Source: Tagaea sp.
Lineage (GTDB): Bacteria; Pseudomonadota; Alphaproteobacteria; CACIAM-22H2
Direction of reading: 5' to 3'
DNA: 64,000 nt
Assembly (NCBI GenBank): GCA_965279525.1
Contig: CBDIIB010000005.1
Span: 224,001 to 288,000, forward strand
Position numbers and translations under genes: made by a program. Every line of letters starts with the position of its first letter. Positions within the stretch are counted from its first letter, which is position 1. The notes under the pieces were generated by a model that was given only the letters and a program-made list of their open reading frames with translations, had not been told where the DNA came from and did not search any database. This document shows positions 48,808 through 58,581 of this stretch, piece after piece.

Positions 48808-49533
48808 TCAATACATGTGCTGGCCGCCATTGATCGACATCGTCGAGCCGGTGACGAAGCCGCCGTCATCCGAAACCAGGAAGAGCACGCCGCGCGCGAT
48901 CTCCGAGGCTTTGCCGAGCCGGCCGACCGGGATACGCGCGACGATCTTCTCGAGCACGTTGGGCGGAACGGCCCGCACCATGTCGGTATCGATGTAGCCG
49001 GGCGCGATCGCGTTGACCGTGATGCCGGCCGAAGCGCCTTCCTGGGCAAGCGCCTTGGTGAAGCCATGGATGCCGGACTTCGCCGCCGCATAGTTGACCT
49101 GGCCGTACTGGCCGGCCTGCCCGTTGACCGAGCCGATATTGACGATGCGCCCGAACTTGCGCGCGCGCATGCCTTCGATGGTCGCCCGGCTCATGTTGAA
49201 GCACGAGCCGAGATTGGTCTGGATGACCGCGTCCCACTGGTCGAATGTCATCTTGTGCATCGTGCCGTCGCGCGTGATGCCGGCGTTGTTGACGAGCACG
49301 TCGACGGGACCGAGCTTCGCCTCGACCTCCTTCACGCCGGCGACGCACGCCTCGTATTTCGACACGTCCCACTTGAAGGCCGGGATGCCGGTGCGCTTGG
49401 TGAACTCCTGCGCGGCCGAATCGTTGCCGCCATAGTTCGCCGCGACCTTGTAGCCCGCGTCGCGCAGACCCACGCTGATCGCCTCGCCGATCCCGCGCGT
49501 TCCGCCCGTAACGATCGCAACCCGTCCCGACAT
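48808..49533 (-). CDS. phbB: Acetoacetyl-CoA reductase
   Basis: TGGTRGIG, NNAGITRD, NGQAGQYGQVNYAAAK, NGGQHMY. Confidence 0.96.
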   Translation of the reverse strand: MSGRVAIVTGGTRGIGEAISVGLRDAGYKVAANYGGNDSAAQEFTKRTGIPAFKWDVSKYEACVAGVKEVEAKLGPVDVLVNNAGITRDGTMHKMTFDQWDAVIQTNLGSCFNMSRATIEGMRARKFGRIVNIGSVNGQAGQYGQVNYAAAKSGIHGFTKALAQEGASAGITVNAIAPGYIDTDMVRAVPPNVLEKIVARIPVGRLGKASEIARGVLFLVSDDGGFVTGSTMSINGGQHMY

Positions 49534-49576
49534 GTGTTTTCTCCCCGTTTGCTTTTTATCGTTATCGCCGTGCGCT

Positions 49577-50749
<1,173 letters not shown>

Positions 50750-50806
50750 GAGTCTCTCCCGTTGTGGAATTCTGTCGGATTGGGGATCAGTCTACGCGTG
50801 CCCGCA

Positions 50807-52066
50807 TCAGCGGGGCAAGCGCCCCAGCCAGCCCGCAAGCGGTTCCCAGAGCTCGGACTTCGCGCGCCCACCGACGACCATGCCGATATGGCCAAGCTGA
50901 AGTTCGAGCGTGTCCGCCTTCTTCAGTTTTGCCGCGAGCGCGCGTGCGCTGGCCGGTGGCACGATGCGGTCTTGTGCCGGCACGACGCACAGGGCGGGAA
51001 GGTCCAGCATGTGCGGCAGGACCGCGCGTCCCGAAAGCGTCCACTTGCCCTTCGCGGGAAGGTTCTCGCCGTACCAGCCGACGAGCGTTTCGCGCGCGAC
51101 CGGTGCCGACAGCGCCACGCCGTCATTGAGCCAGTCCTCGAGTGCGATGAACGCGCGCAGCTTCGGGCTGTCGTCGGCGAGGCCCGCAAGCCCGCGGAAC
51201 TTGCGCGCGGCGAGGAACGGATCGAGTGCGGCGAACAGGCCCTGCAGCACATCGACCGGCAGTTCGCCCGCCGCATCGATCCACGGCCACCACGGGCGCA
51301 GCGCGTCGCCGATGCCCAGCGCCAGGTCCGTGCGTTCGGTATGGAAATCCCACGGTGTGGCCAGCAGGGCGAGACCCGACAGGCGATGCTGCTGGCGTGC
51401 GGCCAGCCCGAGAGCGAGCAGTCCGCCCATGCAATAGCCCAACGCCACTGGCTTCTTCGCGCCCGCACGTTCGACGGCTGAAAGTGCATCGGTCAGGCGC
51501 CGGTCGATATAGGCCGACAGCCCGAAGCCGCGTTCGATGTCGCCCGGTGCATCCCAGTCGACGAGGAACGGCCGGAAGCCGCGCGCGGCAAGAAAGCGCG
51601 CAAGCGAGTTTCCCTCGTCGAGATCGAGCACGTAGGCGCGGTTGATCAGCGACGGGACCAGCAGCAGCGGGCGCGCGCCGGCGGGTGCGTCGGGCGCGTA
51701 GTCGTAGACGCGCGTCGTACCTTCCTGCCAGATCGCCTTGGGCCATTCGAGCGGCCGGCGCCACGGATGTTTGCGGTAGCGCGTCAGTCCTTCGTGGAAA
51801 CCGGCGAGGCGGCGCTTGATCTCGCGCCCCAGCGCCTCACGGAACGCCGGTTCCGGATGGCTTGCGAGTTCGCTTTCGAGGCTTGCCGCGCGTTCCTTCA
51901 GGCTTGGATGCCAGTCCAGCCCCGGCAGCCGGACCGGTGCCGGCTGCAAGCTTTTCTTCGAGAAGGGCAAGGCGGCGGCGCAGCTCAGCCAGGTCGTCGC
52001 CGCGATCGCCACGTGCAGCGCCAGCGGGCGCGGCCCCGTGCGCGGCGGTCGCGGACCCGGCGGCAT
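50807..52066 (-). CDS. PhaC-like alpha/beta hydrolase (class III synthase-like)
   Basis: VPSLINRAYVLDL, GYCMGG, QDRIVP, GHIG give a Cys-Asp-His triad; start uncertain. Confidence 0.82.
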   Translation of the reverse strand: MPPGPRPPRTGPRPLALHVAIAATTWLSCAAALPFSKKSLQPAPVRLPGLDWHPSLKERAASLESELASHPEPAFREALGREIKRRLAGFHEGLTRYRKHPWRRPLEWPKAIWQEGTTRVYDYAPDAPAGARPLLLVPSLINRAYVLDLDEGNSLARFLAARGFRPFLVDWDAPGDIERGFGLSAYIDRRLTDALSAVERAGAKKPVALGYCMGGLLALGLAARQQHRLSGLALLATPWDFHTERTDLALGIGDALRPWWPWIDAAGELPVDVLQGLFAALDPFLAARKFRGLAGLADDSPKLRAFIALEDWLNDGVALSAPVARETLVGWYGENLPAKGKWTLSGRAVLPHMLDLPALCVVPAQDRIVPPASARALAAKLKKADTLELQLGHIGMVVGGRAKSELWEPLAGWLGRLPR

Positions 52067-52313
52067 GCTTGAAGAATTCGGCGAAGGGGCCATCGGCGAA
52101 CACATTCGCACCCGGCCCGCCGCCCTTCAACCCTTCGGCCGCCGCGGCCCAGATGCCGGCAAGCCCCGCCGGCCCGAGCGTGGCCCAGAGCTGCGCATAA
52201 CGCCCCATCGTGCGCGACATCTCGGGATCGGCCGACATGGCGGCGACCTGGTCCTGCCAGAGGTCGAGATAGCGTCTGGCGAGTTCGTCCAGATTGGGCG
52301 GTTCGGCGGTCAT
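51837..52313 (-). CDS. Small coiled-coil hypothetical protein (possibly PhaE-like)
   Basis: LARRYLDLWQDQ N-terminus and LAELRRRLALLEEKL coiled coil; overlaps the PhaC-like gene. Confidence 0.7.
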   Translation of the reverse strand: MTAEPPNLDELARRYLDLWQDQVAAMSADPEMSRTMGRYAQLWATLGPAGLAGIWAAAAEGLKGGGPGANVFADGPFAEFFKHAAGSATAAHGAAPAGAARGDRGDDLAELRRRLALLEEKLAAGTGPAAGAGLASKPEGTRGKPRKRTRKPSGTGVP

Positions 52314-52423
52314 GCAGGCGTCAGCCTAGCCGAAACAAGATGGGCGGTGAATGGTATATGAATACCTTATGCCGATTTAGTGTGCGCTTGCGAGATATCC
52401 CCCGGCCATGCCAGTTTAGCCCT

Positions 52424-53083
52424 ATGACAGACACATCCAATGTTCCGCCTGCCGCCGACGCTCCTGCCTCCGGCGAGGCCGGGAAGGAACCCGTCAAGAT
52501 CAAGAAATATGCAAATCGCCGTCTCTACAACACGGCGACATCGAGCTACGTGACGCTCGACCACCTCTGCACGATGGTCAAGCAGGGCACGGATTTCCTC
52601 GTTCACGACGCCAAGACCGGCGAAGACATCACGCGCAGCGTGCTGACCCAGATCATCGTCGAGGAAGAAGGCAAGGGCGGGCAGAACATGCTGCCGGTGG
52701 CTTTCCTGCGCCAGCTGATCTCGTTCTACGGCGACAATCTGCAGGCCCTGGTGCCGCGCTACCTGGAAAATTCGATGTCGGCGTTCTCGCGCAACCAGGA
52801 GCAGATGCGCACGGCCATGCAGCAGGCGTTCGGCGGCATGTTCCCGTTCAGCACGCCCATGGGCGGCACGATCGAGGAGATCGGCAAGCAGAACATGGCG
52901 CTGCTCCAGAACGCGATGAAGATGTGGGCGCCGTTCGGCTTCGAAGGCGGCAAGGCACCGGCAGGTGCCGCACCGGCGAGCGAACCGGGTGCCGGCGTGC
53001 AGGGGACTGAGTCGCTGGACGAACTTCGCAAGCAGCTCGAAGCGATGCAGGCCCGCCTCAGCGATCTTTCGAAGAAGCCCTGA
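52424..53083 (+). CDS. phaR: PHA synthesis repressor
   Basis: IKKYANRRLYNT...SYVTL, DAKTGEDITR, FLRQLISFYG. Confidence 0.96.
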   Translation: MTDTSNVPPAADAPASGEAGKEPVKIKKYANRRLYNTATSSYVTLDHLCTMVKQGTDFLVHDAKTGEDITRSVLTQIIVEEEGKGGQNMLPVAFLRQLISFYGDNLQALVPRYLENSMSAFSRNQEQMRTAMQQAFGGMFPFSTPMGGTIEEIGKQNMALLQNAMKMWAPFGFEGGKAPAGAAPASEPGAGVQGTESLDELRKQLEAMQARLSDLSKKP

Positions 53084-53087
53084 AGCC

Positions 53088-53339
53088 TTAGACTTCGAGC
53101 GCCGCGCGGTAGAGGTCGAGCAGCTCGTCCTGCTCCTTGCGGTCGGGCTCTTCCATCTTCCGAAGCTTGATCACCTGACGCATGATCTTCGTGTCGAAGC
53201 CGTTGCCCTTGGCTTCGGCATAGACTTCGCGGATGTCCGCGGCCAGATCGGCCTTCTCGGTCTCCAGGCGCTCGATGCGCTCGACGAAAGACTTCAGTTT
53301 CGCCGCCGCAATGCCGCCCGTATCGCCGCCGTCCGCCAT
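53088..53339 (-). CDS. gapR: DUF2312 nucleoid-associated protein (GapR family)
   Basis: LKSFVERIERLE.EK, DIREVYAEAKGNGFD, LLDLY. Confidence 0.9.
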   Translation of the reverse strand: MADGGDTGGIAAAKLKSFVERIERLETEKADLAADIREVYAEAKGNGFDTKIMRQVIKLRKMEEPDRKEQDELLDLYRAALEV

Positions 53340-53422
53340 CTGCCCGTCTCCAAGGATTCGATTCGAAGGAGCCGGAAGCTAGCGGTGCGCGCGCGCCGCG
53401 ACCAGACGAAATCGTCGTCGTC

Positions 53423-53431
53423 TGTGGATAA
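53423..53431 (-). promoter_or_regulatory. Perfect DnaA box upstream of gapR
   Basis: TTATCCACA on the minus strand in a 106-nt intergenic region. Confidence 0.55.
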
Positions 53432-53445
53432 GGTGCATAGCGGGA

Positions 53446-53751
53446 CTAATGCTTGTGCGTGGCCGCGAATTTGGCCTTCTGGTCGGCGCCGGCCTCGTTC
53501 TGGTGCTTGGCCTTCCATTCGTCGTAGGGCATGCCGTAGACGATTTCGCGTGCCTGCGGGTCAGTGAGTCCCACGCCCTTCTCCTGGGCGGCGGCGAGGT
53601 ACCATTTCGACAGGCAGTTGCGGCAGAAGCCCGCCAGATTCATCAGATCGATGTTCTGCACGTCGGTCCGCTCGCGCAGATGCGTGACGAGCCGGCGGAA
53701 GGCGGCGGCTTCAAGTTCGGTGCGGGTCTTGTCGTCGAGTTCGGCGGCCAT
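53446..53751 (-). CDS. DUF1244 family protein
   Basis: ELEAAAFRRL, DVQNIDLMNLAGFCRNCLSKWY, VYGMPY. Confidence 0.92.
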   Translation of the reverse strand: MAAELDDKTRTELEAAAFRRLVTHLRERTDVQNIDLMNLAGFCRNCLSKWYLAAAQEKGVGLTDPQAREIVYGMPYDEWKAKHQNEAGADQKAKFAATHKH

Positions 53752-53804
53752 GGCGGTCTCCCGGATCGGGTTTCACCCCTAGATATAGGCCGGGCGGGCG
53801 GGCG

Positions 53805-54950
53805 TTACAAACCCTCGACCGTCTCGGCGATCAGGCCATCCACGACGGCAGCCAATGCACCCGCCTTGTCGGCACCGTCGGCAAGCGCCTTGGCATAGGT
53901 GGCACGCTGGCGGTGGGCCGACGTCCCGCGTGCCAGGATCGTGCGGGCGTGCGCGATCTCGGCCGTGCAGTCCAGGCGCTCGGCGTCGGCGCGGACAAGT
54001 TCGAACAGTTCCTCCAGCAGCGTGGCATAGGCGACGATCTCGCCCTTGCCGAAATCGACGAGCCCGCCATCGAGCCCGTAGCGCTGCGCGCGCCAGCGGT
54101 TCTCCTTGACCAGCATGTGCGGATAGATGCGCCAGCGCTGGTTCATGCGCTTCAGCCGCCACAGCATAGAGATCATGCACTGGTAGAGGGCGGCGATCGC
54201 GATCGCGTCGTCGAGATACGGGCACATGTCGGTGATGCGCATCTCGAGCGTGGGAAAGCGCGCCGACGGGCGCACGTCCCACCACAGCTTCGAGGCATCG
54301 TCGATGAGGCCGGCCGCGACCAGCCGGTCGAGCTGGCGGCGGTACTCGCCGTAGCTTTCGAAATGGTCGGGCGGACCGGTGCGCGGGAGTTCATTGAAGA
54401 TCGCCACGCGATAGCTCGCCAAGCCTGAATCCTCGCCCTGCCAAAACGGCGAGGAGGTGGACAGCGCCAGCAGATGCGGCAGGAAATAGCCGATCTGATT
54501 CATCAGGTCGATGCGCAGCTCGTCGTCCTCGATACCGACATGCACATGCAGCCCGCAGATCACCAGCCGGCGCCCCACGCCCTGCAAGTCGCGTTCGAGC
54601 GCGCGGTAACGATCCTTGTCGGTCGCCCCCGCCCCGCGCCATAGCGCGAAGGGATGCGTCGAGGCCGCGATGGGTGCCAGACCGTAATCGCCCGCCACGT
54701 CGGCGACCGCGCGGCGCAGGCGGGCAAGGTCGGCGCGCGCTTCGCGCGCGGTCCGGCACACGCGCGTCTGCACTTCGATTTGGGCGCGCAGGAATTCCGG
54801 GCTTGTCTGGCCGGCCTGACCCTGTGCGGCCAGCCGCGCCTCGACTTTCGCAACCAGATCCAATGGCGGATCGCGGGCGAGATCGCGCGAGGTGCGCTCG
54901 ACCAGCAGATATTCTTCCTCAACGCCGATCGTGAAAGCGGGCTCGCTCAT
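53805..54950 (-). CDS. Carboxylate-amine ligase (YbdK/GCS2 family)
   Basis: TIGVEEEY, STHP, CGLHVHVG, SSPFW, WWDVRP, TLEMRI. Confidence 0.93.
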   Translation of the reverse strand: MSEPAFTIGVEEEYLLVERTSRDLARDPPLDLVAKVEARLAAQGQAGQTSPEFLRAQIEVQTRVCRTAREARADLARLRRAVADVAGDYGLAPIAASTHPFALWRGAGATDKDRYRALERDLQGVGRRLVICGLHVHVGIEDDELRIDLMNQIGYFLPHLLALSTSSPFWQGEDSGLASYRVAIFNELPRTGPPDHFESYGEYRRQLDRLVAAGLIDDASKLWWDVRPSARFPTLEMRITDMCPYLDDAIAIAALYQCMISMLWRLKRMNQRWRIYPHMLVKENRWRAQRYGLDGGLVDFGKGEIVAYATLLEELFELVRADAERLDCTAEIAHARTILARGTSAHRQRATYAKALADGADKAGALAAVVDGLIAETVEGL

Positions 54951-55744
54951 GGATGGACCTTCGCCGTCGCCATCTCCGGCAGGTCGACGAGCGGGGCGAT
55001 CGCGTCGCCGAAGATCGCGGCCCACCGGTCGCAGCCCGCACGCGTATCGATCAGATCCTGGCGGATCTCGATCAGCGCGTGCGGCAGCCCCGCCTCCTCG
55101 CAATGGGCGCGCATCGTGTAGCCGTGCCCGTCGCGCGCGTCGTAGGGCTCGTTGTCGCCGACCGTCACGCCGTCAATCGCCGCCAGTCGCGCCATAAGCG
55201 GCACGGGAAGCCGCGGATCGGACTTCCACAGCACGCCCACGTGCCACGGCCGTTCGAACCCCTTGAAGACGGGCGTGCAGGAATGCATCGCCACGACGAC
55301 CGGCACGCGGCCCCGTTTGACCATGCCGGCAAGCGTTTCGTGGACGGAGGCATGATAGGGCGTGTGCAGGCCGGCAACGCGCATGGCGCGCTGTGCGGGC
55401 GTCAGCGCGAAATTTCCCGGCACCGGCGTCCCGTCCGACATTTCCGGGCACAGGCCCGGATCGTCGAGCCGCCGGTTGCAGTCGATGACGAGACGCGAAT
55501 AGCCGCTTGCCACGACGGCGCAGCCGAAGCGCGCGGCAAGCCGCTTGGAAACCTCGAACGCGCCGATGTCCCAGGCGATGTGGCGGTCCCATTCGGCGCG
55601 CGGCACGCCCAGATCGCCGAGCGTGCGCGGCACGGCACGGCTGGCGTGGTCGCAGATCACGACAAGGCGCGTGTCTCCGGTCGCCGGGATCGCGATGACC
55701 GGCGGCGGCTCGTCGGGTGCAAGGAGGGGAATCGGGTCTGCCAT
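54947..55744 (-). CDS. N-formylglutamate amidohydrolase family protein
   Basis: CDHAS, HIAWDIG, SRLVIDCNR, HSCTP, NEPY, IEIRQD. Confidence 0.92.
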   Translation of the reverse strand: MADPIPLLAPDEPPPVIAIPATGDTRLVVICDHASRAVPRTLGDLGVPRAEWDRHIAWDIGAFEVSKRLAARFGCAVVASGYSRLVIDCNRRLDDPGLCPEMSDGTPVPGNFALTPAQRAMRVAGLHTPYHASVHETLAGMVKRGRVPVVVAMHSCTPVFKGFERPWHVGVLWKSDPRLPVPLMARLAAIDGVTVGDNEPYDARDGHGYTMRAHCEEAGLPHALIEIRQDLIDTRAGCDRWAAIFGDAIAPLVDLPEMATAKVHP

Positions 55745-55803
55745 ACGCGCGCGGCGCCACTATAGCGCGCCGCGCGAACGGCCTGCTAGGCTCCGCCGCG
55801 ACC

Positions 55804-57048
55804 ATGGATCACCGTGCCTTTCTCGTCTCGCTGTTCGACGCGGCCGTCGCCGCCGCCCAGCCCGCCTTGCGGATCCGCGATTTCCTGCCGGCGGCACCGA
55901 AGGGCCGTCTCGTCGTCGTCGGTGCCGGAAAGGCGTCGGCGGCGATGGCCAAGGCGTTCGAGGATGCCTGGTCCGGGCCGCTGGAAGGCCTCGTGGTCAC
56001 ACGCTATGGCCACGGCGTGCCATGCCGGCGCATCGAGATCGTCGAGGCGGCCCATCCCGTCCCCGATGCCGCGGGCATGGCAGCGGCCGGGCGGATGCTC
56101 GAGCGCGTGCGCGGCCTCGGTGCCGACGATCTTGTCGTGGCCCTCATGTCAGGCGGCGGCTCGGCCGTGCTGAGCCTGCCCGCCCCGCCCATAGCACTCG
56201 ACGAATTCCGGGCATTGACGACAGCACTGCTGAAGTCGGGGGCGAACATCGTCGAGATGAACGCGGTGCGAAAGCACCTGTCGACCATCTCGGGCGGACG
56301 GCTGGCGCAGGCGGCATCGCCCGCCCGCGTGTTCACGCTCGGGATTTCCGACGTGCCCGGCGACGATCCCTCGACCATCGGATCGGGCCCGACGGTGCCC
56401 GATCCGACCACACTTGCCGACGCGCGCGCCGTGCTTGCCAAGTACGCGATCGTGCCGTCGCCGGCCATTGCCGCCCGCCTCGCCGATCCGGCGGCGGAGA
56501 CGCCCAAGTCGCTGCCGAATGCCGAATACCGCCTCATCGCCGCGCCGATCCAGTCGCTCGATGCGGCAGCCGCCTTGGCGCGTGCCGCCGGCTTCGCCGT
56601 GCATTCGCTCGGTCCCGATCTGGAAGGCGAGAGCCGCGACGTGGCCGCAGCACACGCCCGCCTCGTGCGCGATATCCGGGCCGGTCGCGGCCCGGTCGCG
56701 GCACCGTGCGTGTTGCTGTCGGGCGGCGAGACGACCGTCACGGTGCGCGGCAAGGGGCGCGGCGGGCGCAATGCGGAGTTCGCCCTGTCGCTTGGCGTGG
56801 CACTCGACGGCATGGACGGCGTCTGGGCCATCGCGGGCGACACCGACGGCATCGACGGGACCGAGGACAATGCCGGCGCCATCGTGACACCCGACATGCT
56901 GGCCCGGGCGCGCAGGCTCGGGATCGACGCGGCAGACCGTCTCGCCGACAACGACGGTTACGGCTTCTTCGCGGCACTCGGCGATCTGGTCGTCACCGGC
57001 CCGACGCATACCAACGTCAACGATTTTCGCGCTATAGTCGTCGCCTGA
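55804..57048 (+). CDS. Glycerate 2-kinase (TtuD/MOFRL family)
   Basis: GAGKAS, HPVPD, SGGGS, SDVPGD, SGGETTV, DTDGIDG, TGPTHTNVND. Confidence 0.93.
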   Translation: MDHRAFLVSLFDAAVAAAQPALRIRDFLPAAPKGRLVVVGAGKASAAMAKAFEDAWSGPLEGLVVTRYGHGVPCRRIEIVEAAHPVPDAAGMAAAGRMLERVRGLGADDLVVALMSGGGSAVLSLPAPPIALDEFRALTTALLKSGANIVEMNAVRKHLSTISGGRLAQAASPARVFTLGISDVPGDDPSTIGSGPTVPDPTTLADARAVLAKYAIVPSPAIAARLADPAAETPKSLPNAEYRLIAAPIQSLDAAAALARAAGFAVHSLGPDLEGESRDVAAAHARLVRDIRAGRGPVAAPCVLLSGGETTVTVRGKGRGGRNAEFALSLGVALDGMDGVWAIAGDTDGIDGTEDNAGAIVTPDMLARARRLGIDAADRLADNDGYGFFAALGDLVVTGPTHTNVNDFRAIVVA

Positions 57049-57079
57049 ACGAACGAAAAAAAGACGGGAGACCGCCGCC

Positions 57080-58496
57080 GTGCGCCGCATCTGTGCCACC
57101 AAAATCGTCGCCACGCTGGGACCCGCCACCAGCGATCCGGCCGTCATCGAACGCATATTCTTGGCGGGAGTCGACGTCTTCCGGCTCAATTTCAGCCATG
57201 GCGACCACGAAGACCACCGCCAGCGTTACGACACGCTACGCGCACTCGAGGAGAAGACCGGCCGCCCCATCGCGGTGCTGGCCGACCTGCAGGGACCAAA
57301 GCTGCGCGTCGGCACGTTCAAGGCGGGGCTCCGTCACGCTCAAGGTCGGCGCCACGTTCCGCTTCGACATGGACAAGACGCCCGGCGACGAGACGCGTGC
57401 ACCCCTGCTCCATCCCGAGATCTTCGCGGCCCTGCAGCCCGACCAGCATCTGCTGATCGACGACGGCAAGCTGCGTCTGCAGACCATCGAGACTTCCCCC
57501 ACGCACGCGCTTTGCAAGGTGCTCGTCGGCGGTGTCATTTCCAATCGCAAGGGCGTCAACGTGCCGGGCACCGTGCTGCCGATCTCGGCGCTGACCGAAA
57601 AAGACCGGCGCGATCTCGCCTTCGCGCTCGAACTCGGCGTCGACTGGGTGGCCCTGTCCTTCGTCCAGCGGCCCGACGACATCGCGGAGGCCAAGAAGCT
57701 CATCCTGGGCCGGGCCGGCGTGTGCGCGAAGCTCGAGAAGCCCTCGGCGATCGACCGGCTCGACGAGATCGTGGAACTTTCCGACGCGGTGATGGTCGCG
57801 CGCGGCGACCTTGGTGTCGAGATGATGCCGGAAGACGTGCCGGCCATGCAGAAGCGCATCGTGCGCACCTGCCGCAAGCTCGGCCGGCCCGTCATCGTCG
57901 CCACGCAGATGCTGGAATCGATGATCCATTCACCCACGCCCACGCGCGCGGAAGCCTCCGACGTGGCGACGGCCGTCTATGACGGGGCGGATGCCGTGAT
58001 GCTGTCGGCCGAGACGGCGTCGGGCGAGTTCCCGCTCGAGGCGGTCACGATCATGGAGCGCATCATCGCCCGCGTGGAGCAGGACCCGCTCTACCGACCG
58101 ATCATGGATGCCGATCACGCGGCACCCGAGCCTACCGCGTCGGACGCGATCACGGCGGCGGCGGCCCAGGTCGCGCGCACGATCAAGGCGGCGGCCATCG
58201 TCACCTTCACCACGTCTGGCTCGACGACGCTGCGCGCCGCGCGCGAACGGCCCGAAGCGCCGATCCTGTGCCTGACGCAGAACCGCAAGACCGCACGCCG
58301 CCTCGTGCTGTGCTGGGGCACGCACACGATGCTGTCGGAGGAGTTCGCCTCCTTCACGAAGATGGTCGACAAGGCGTGCGAGGTGGCGAAAGCCGAAGGC
58401 TTCGCCGATCCGGGCGAGACCATCGCGATCACCGCCGGCGTGCCGTTCGGAACGCCCGGCGCCACGAACATCCTGCGGATCGCGTGGATACGGTAA
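57080..58496 (+). CDS. pyk: Pyruvate kinase with one +1 frameshift near 57325 (artefact or pseudogene)
   Basis: TKIVATLGP, RLNFSHG, DLQGPKLR in one frame; KGVNVP, MVARGDLGVE, ATQMLESM, MLSAET in the next. Confidence 0.92.
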
Positions 58497-58522
58497 TTGG
58501 TCCTGTCATACGATTATATACC

Positions 58523-58554
58523 TTGACGCGTTTCTGATTGTTCTTTAGACGTTC
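58523..58554 (+). promoter_or_regulatory. Sigma70-type promoter overlapped by an alphaproteobacterial LexA (SOS) box
   Basis: TTGACG-N17-TAGACG; GTTC-TTTAGAC-GTTC at 58540-58554 covers the -10 element. Confidence 0.75.
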
Positions 58555-58581
58555 TCTCCACCTTCGGATGTGGAGAGAACG

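Noticed and set aside
50818-50830. 13-bp match (AGCGCCCCAGCCA) to the tRNA-Gln 3' end as a possible attR
   Set aside because: It lies inside the PhaC-like coding sequence, the enclosed region would include core genes such as phbAB, and there is no integrase; probably chance
52381-52393. Possible PhaR autoregulatory site TGTGCGCTTGCGA
   Set aside because: Spacing and second half-site deviate from TGC-N3-GCA; too weak to call
55545-58496. 983-aa apparent glycerate kinase-pyruvate kinase fusion
   Set aside because: The N-terminal part is an off-frame shadow; glycerate kinase stops at 57048 and pyk has its own RBS and start, with an internal frameshift
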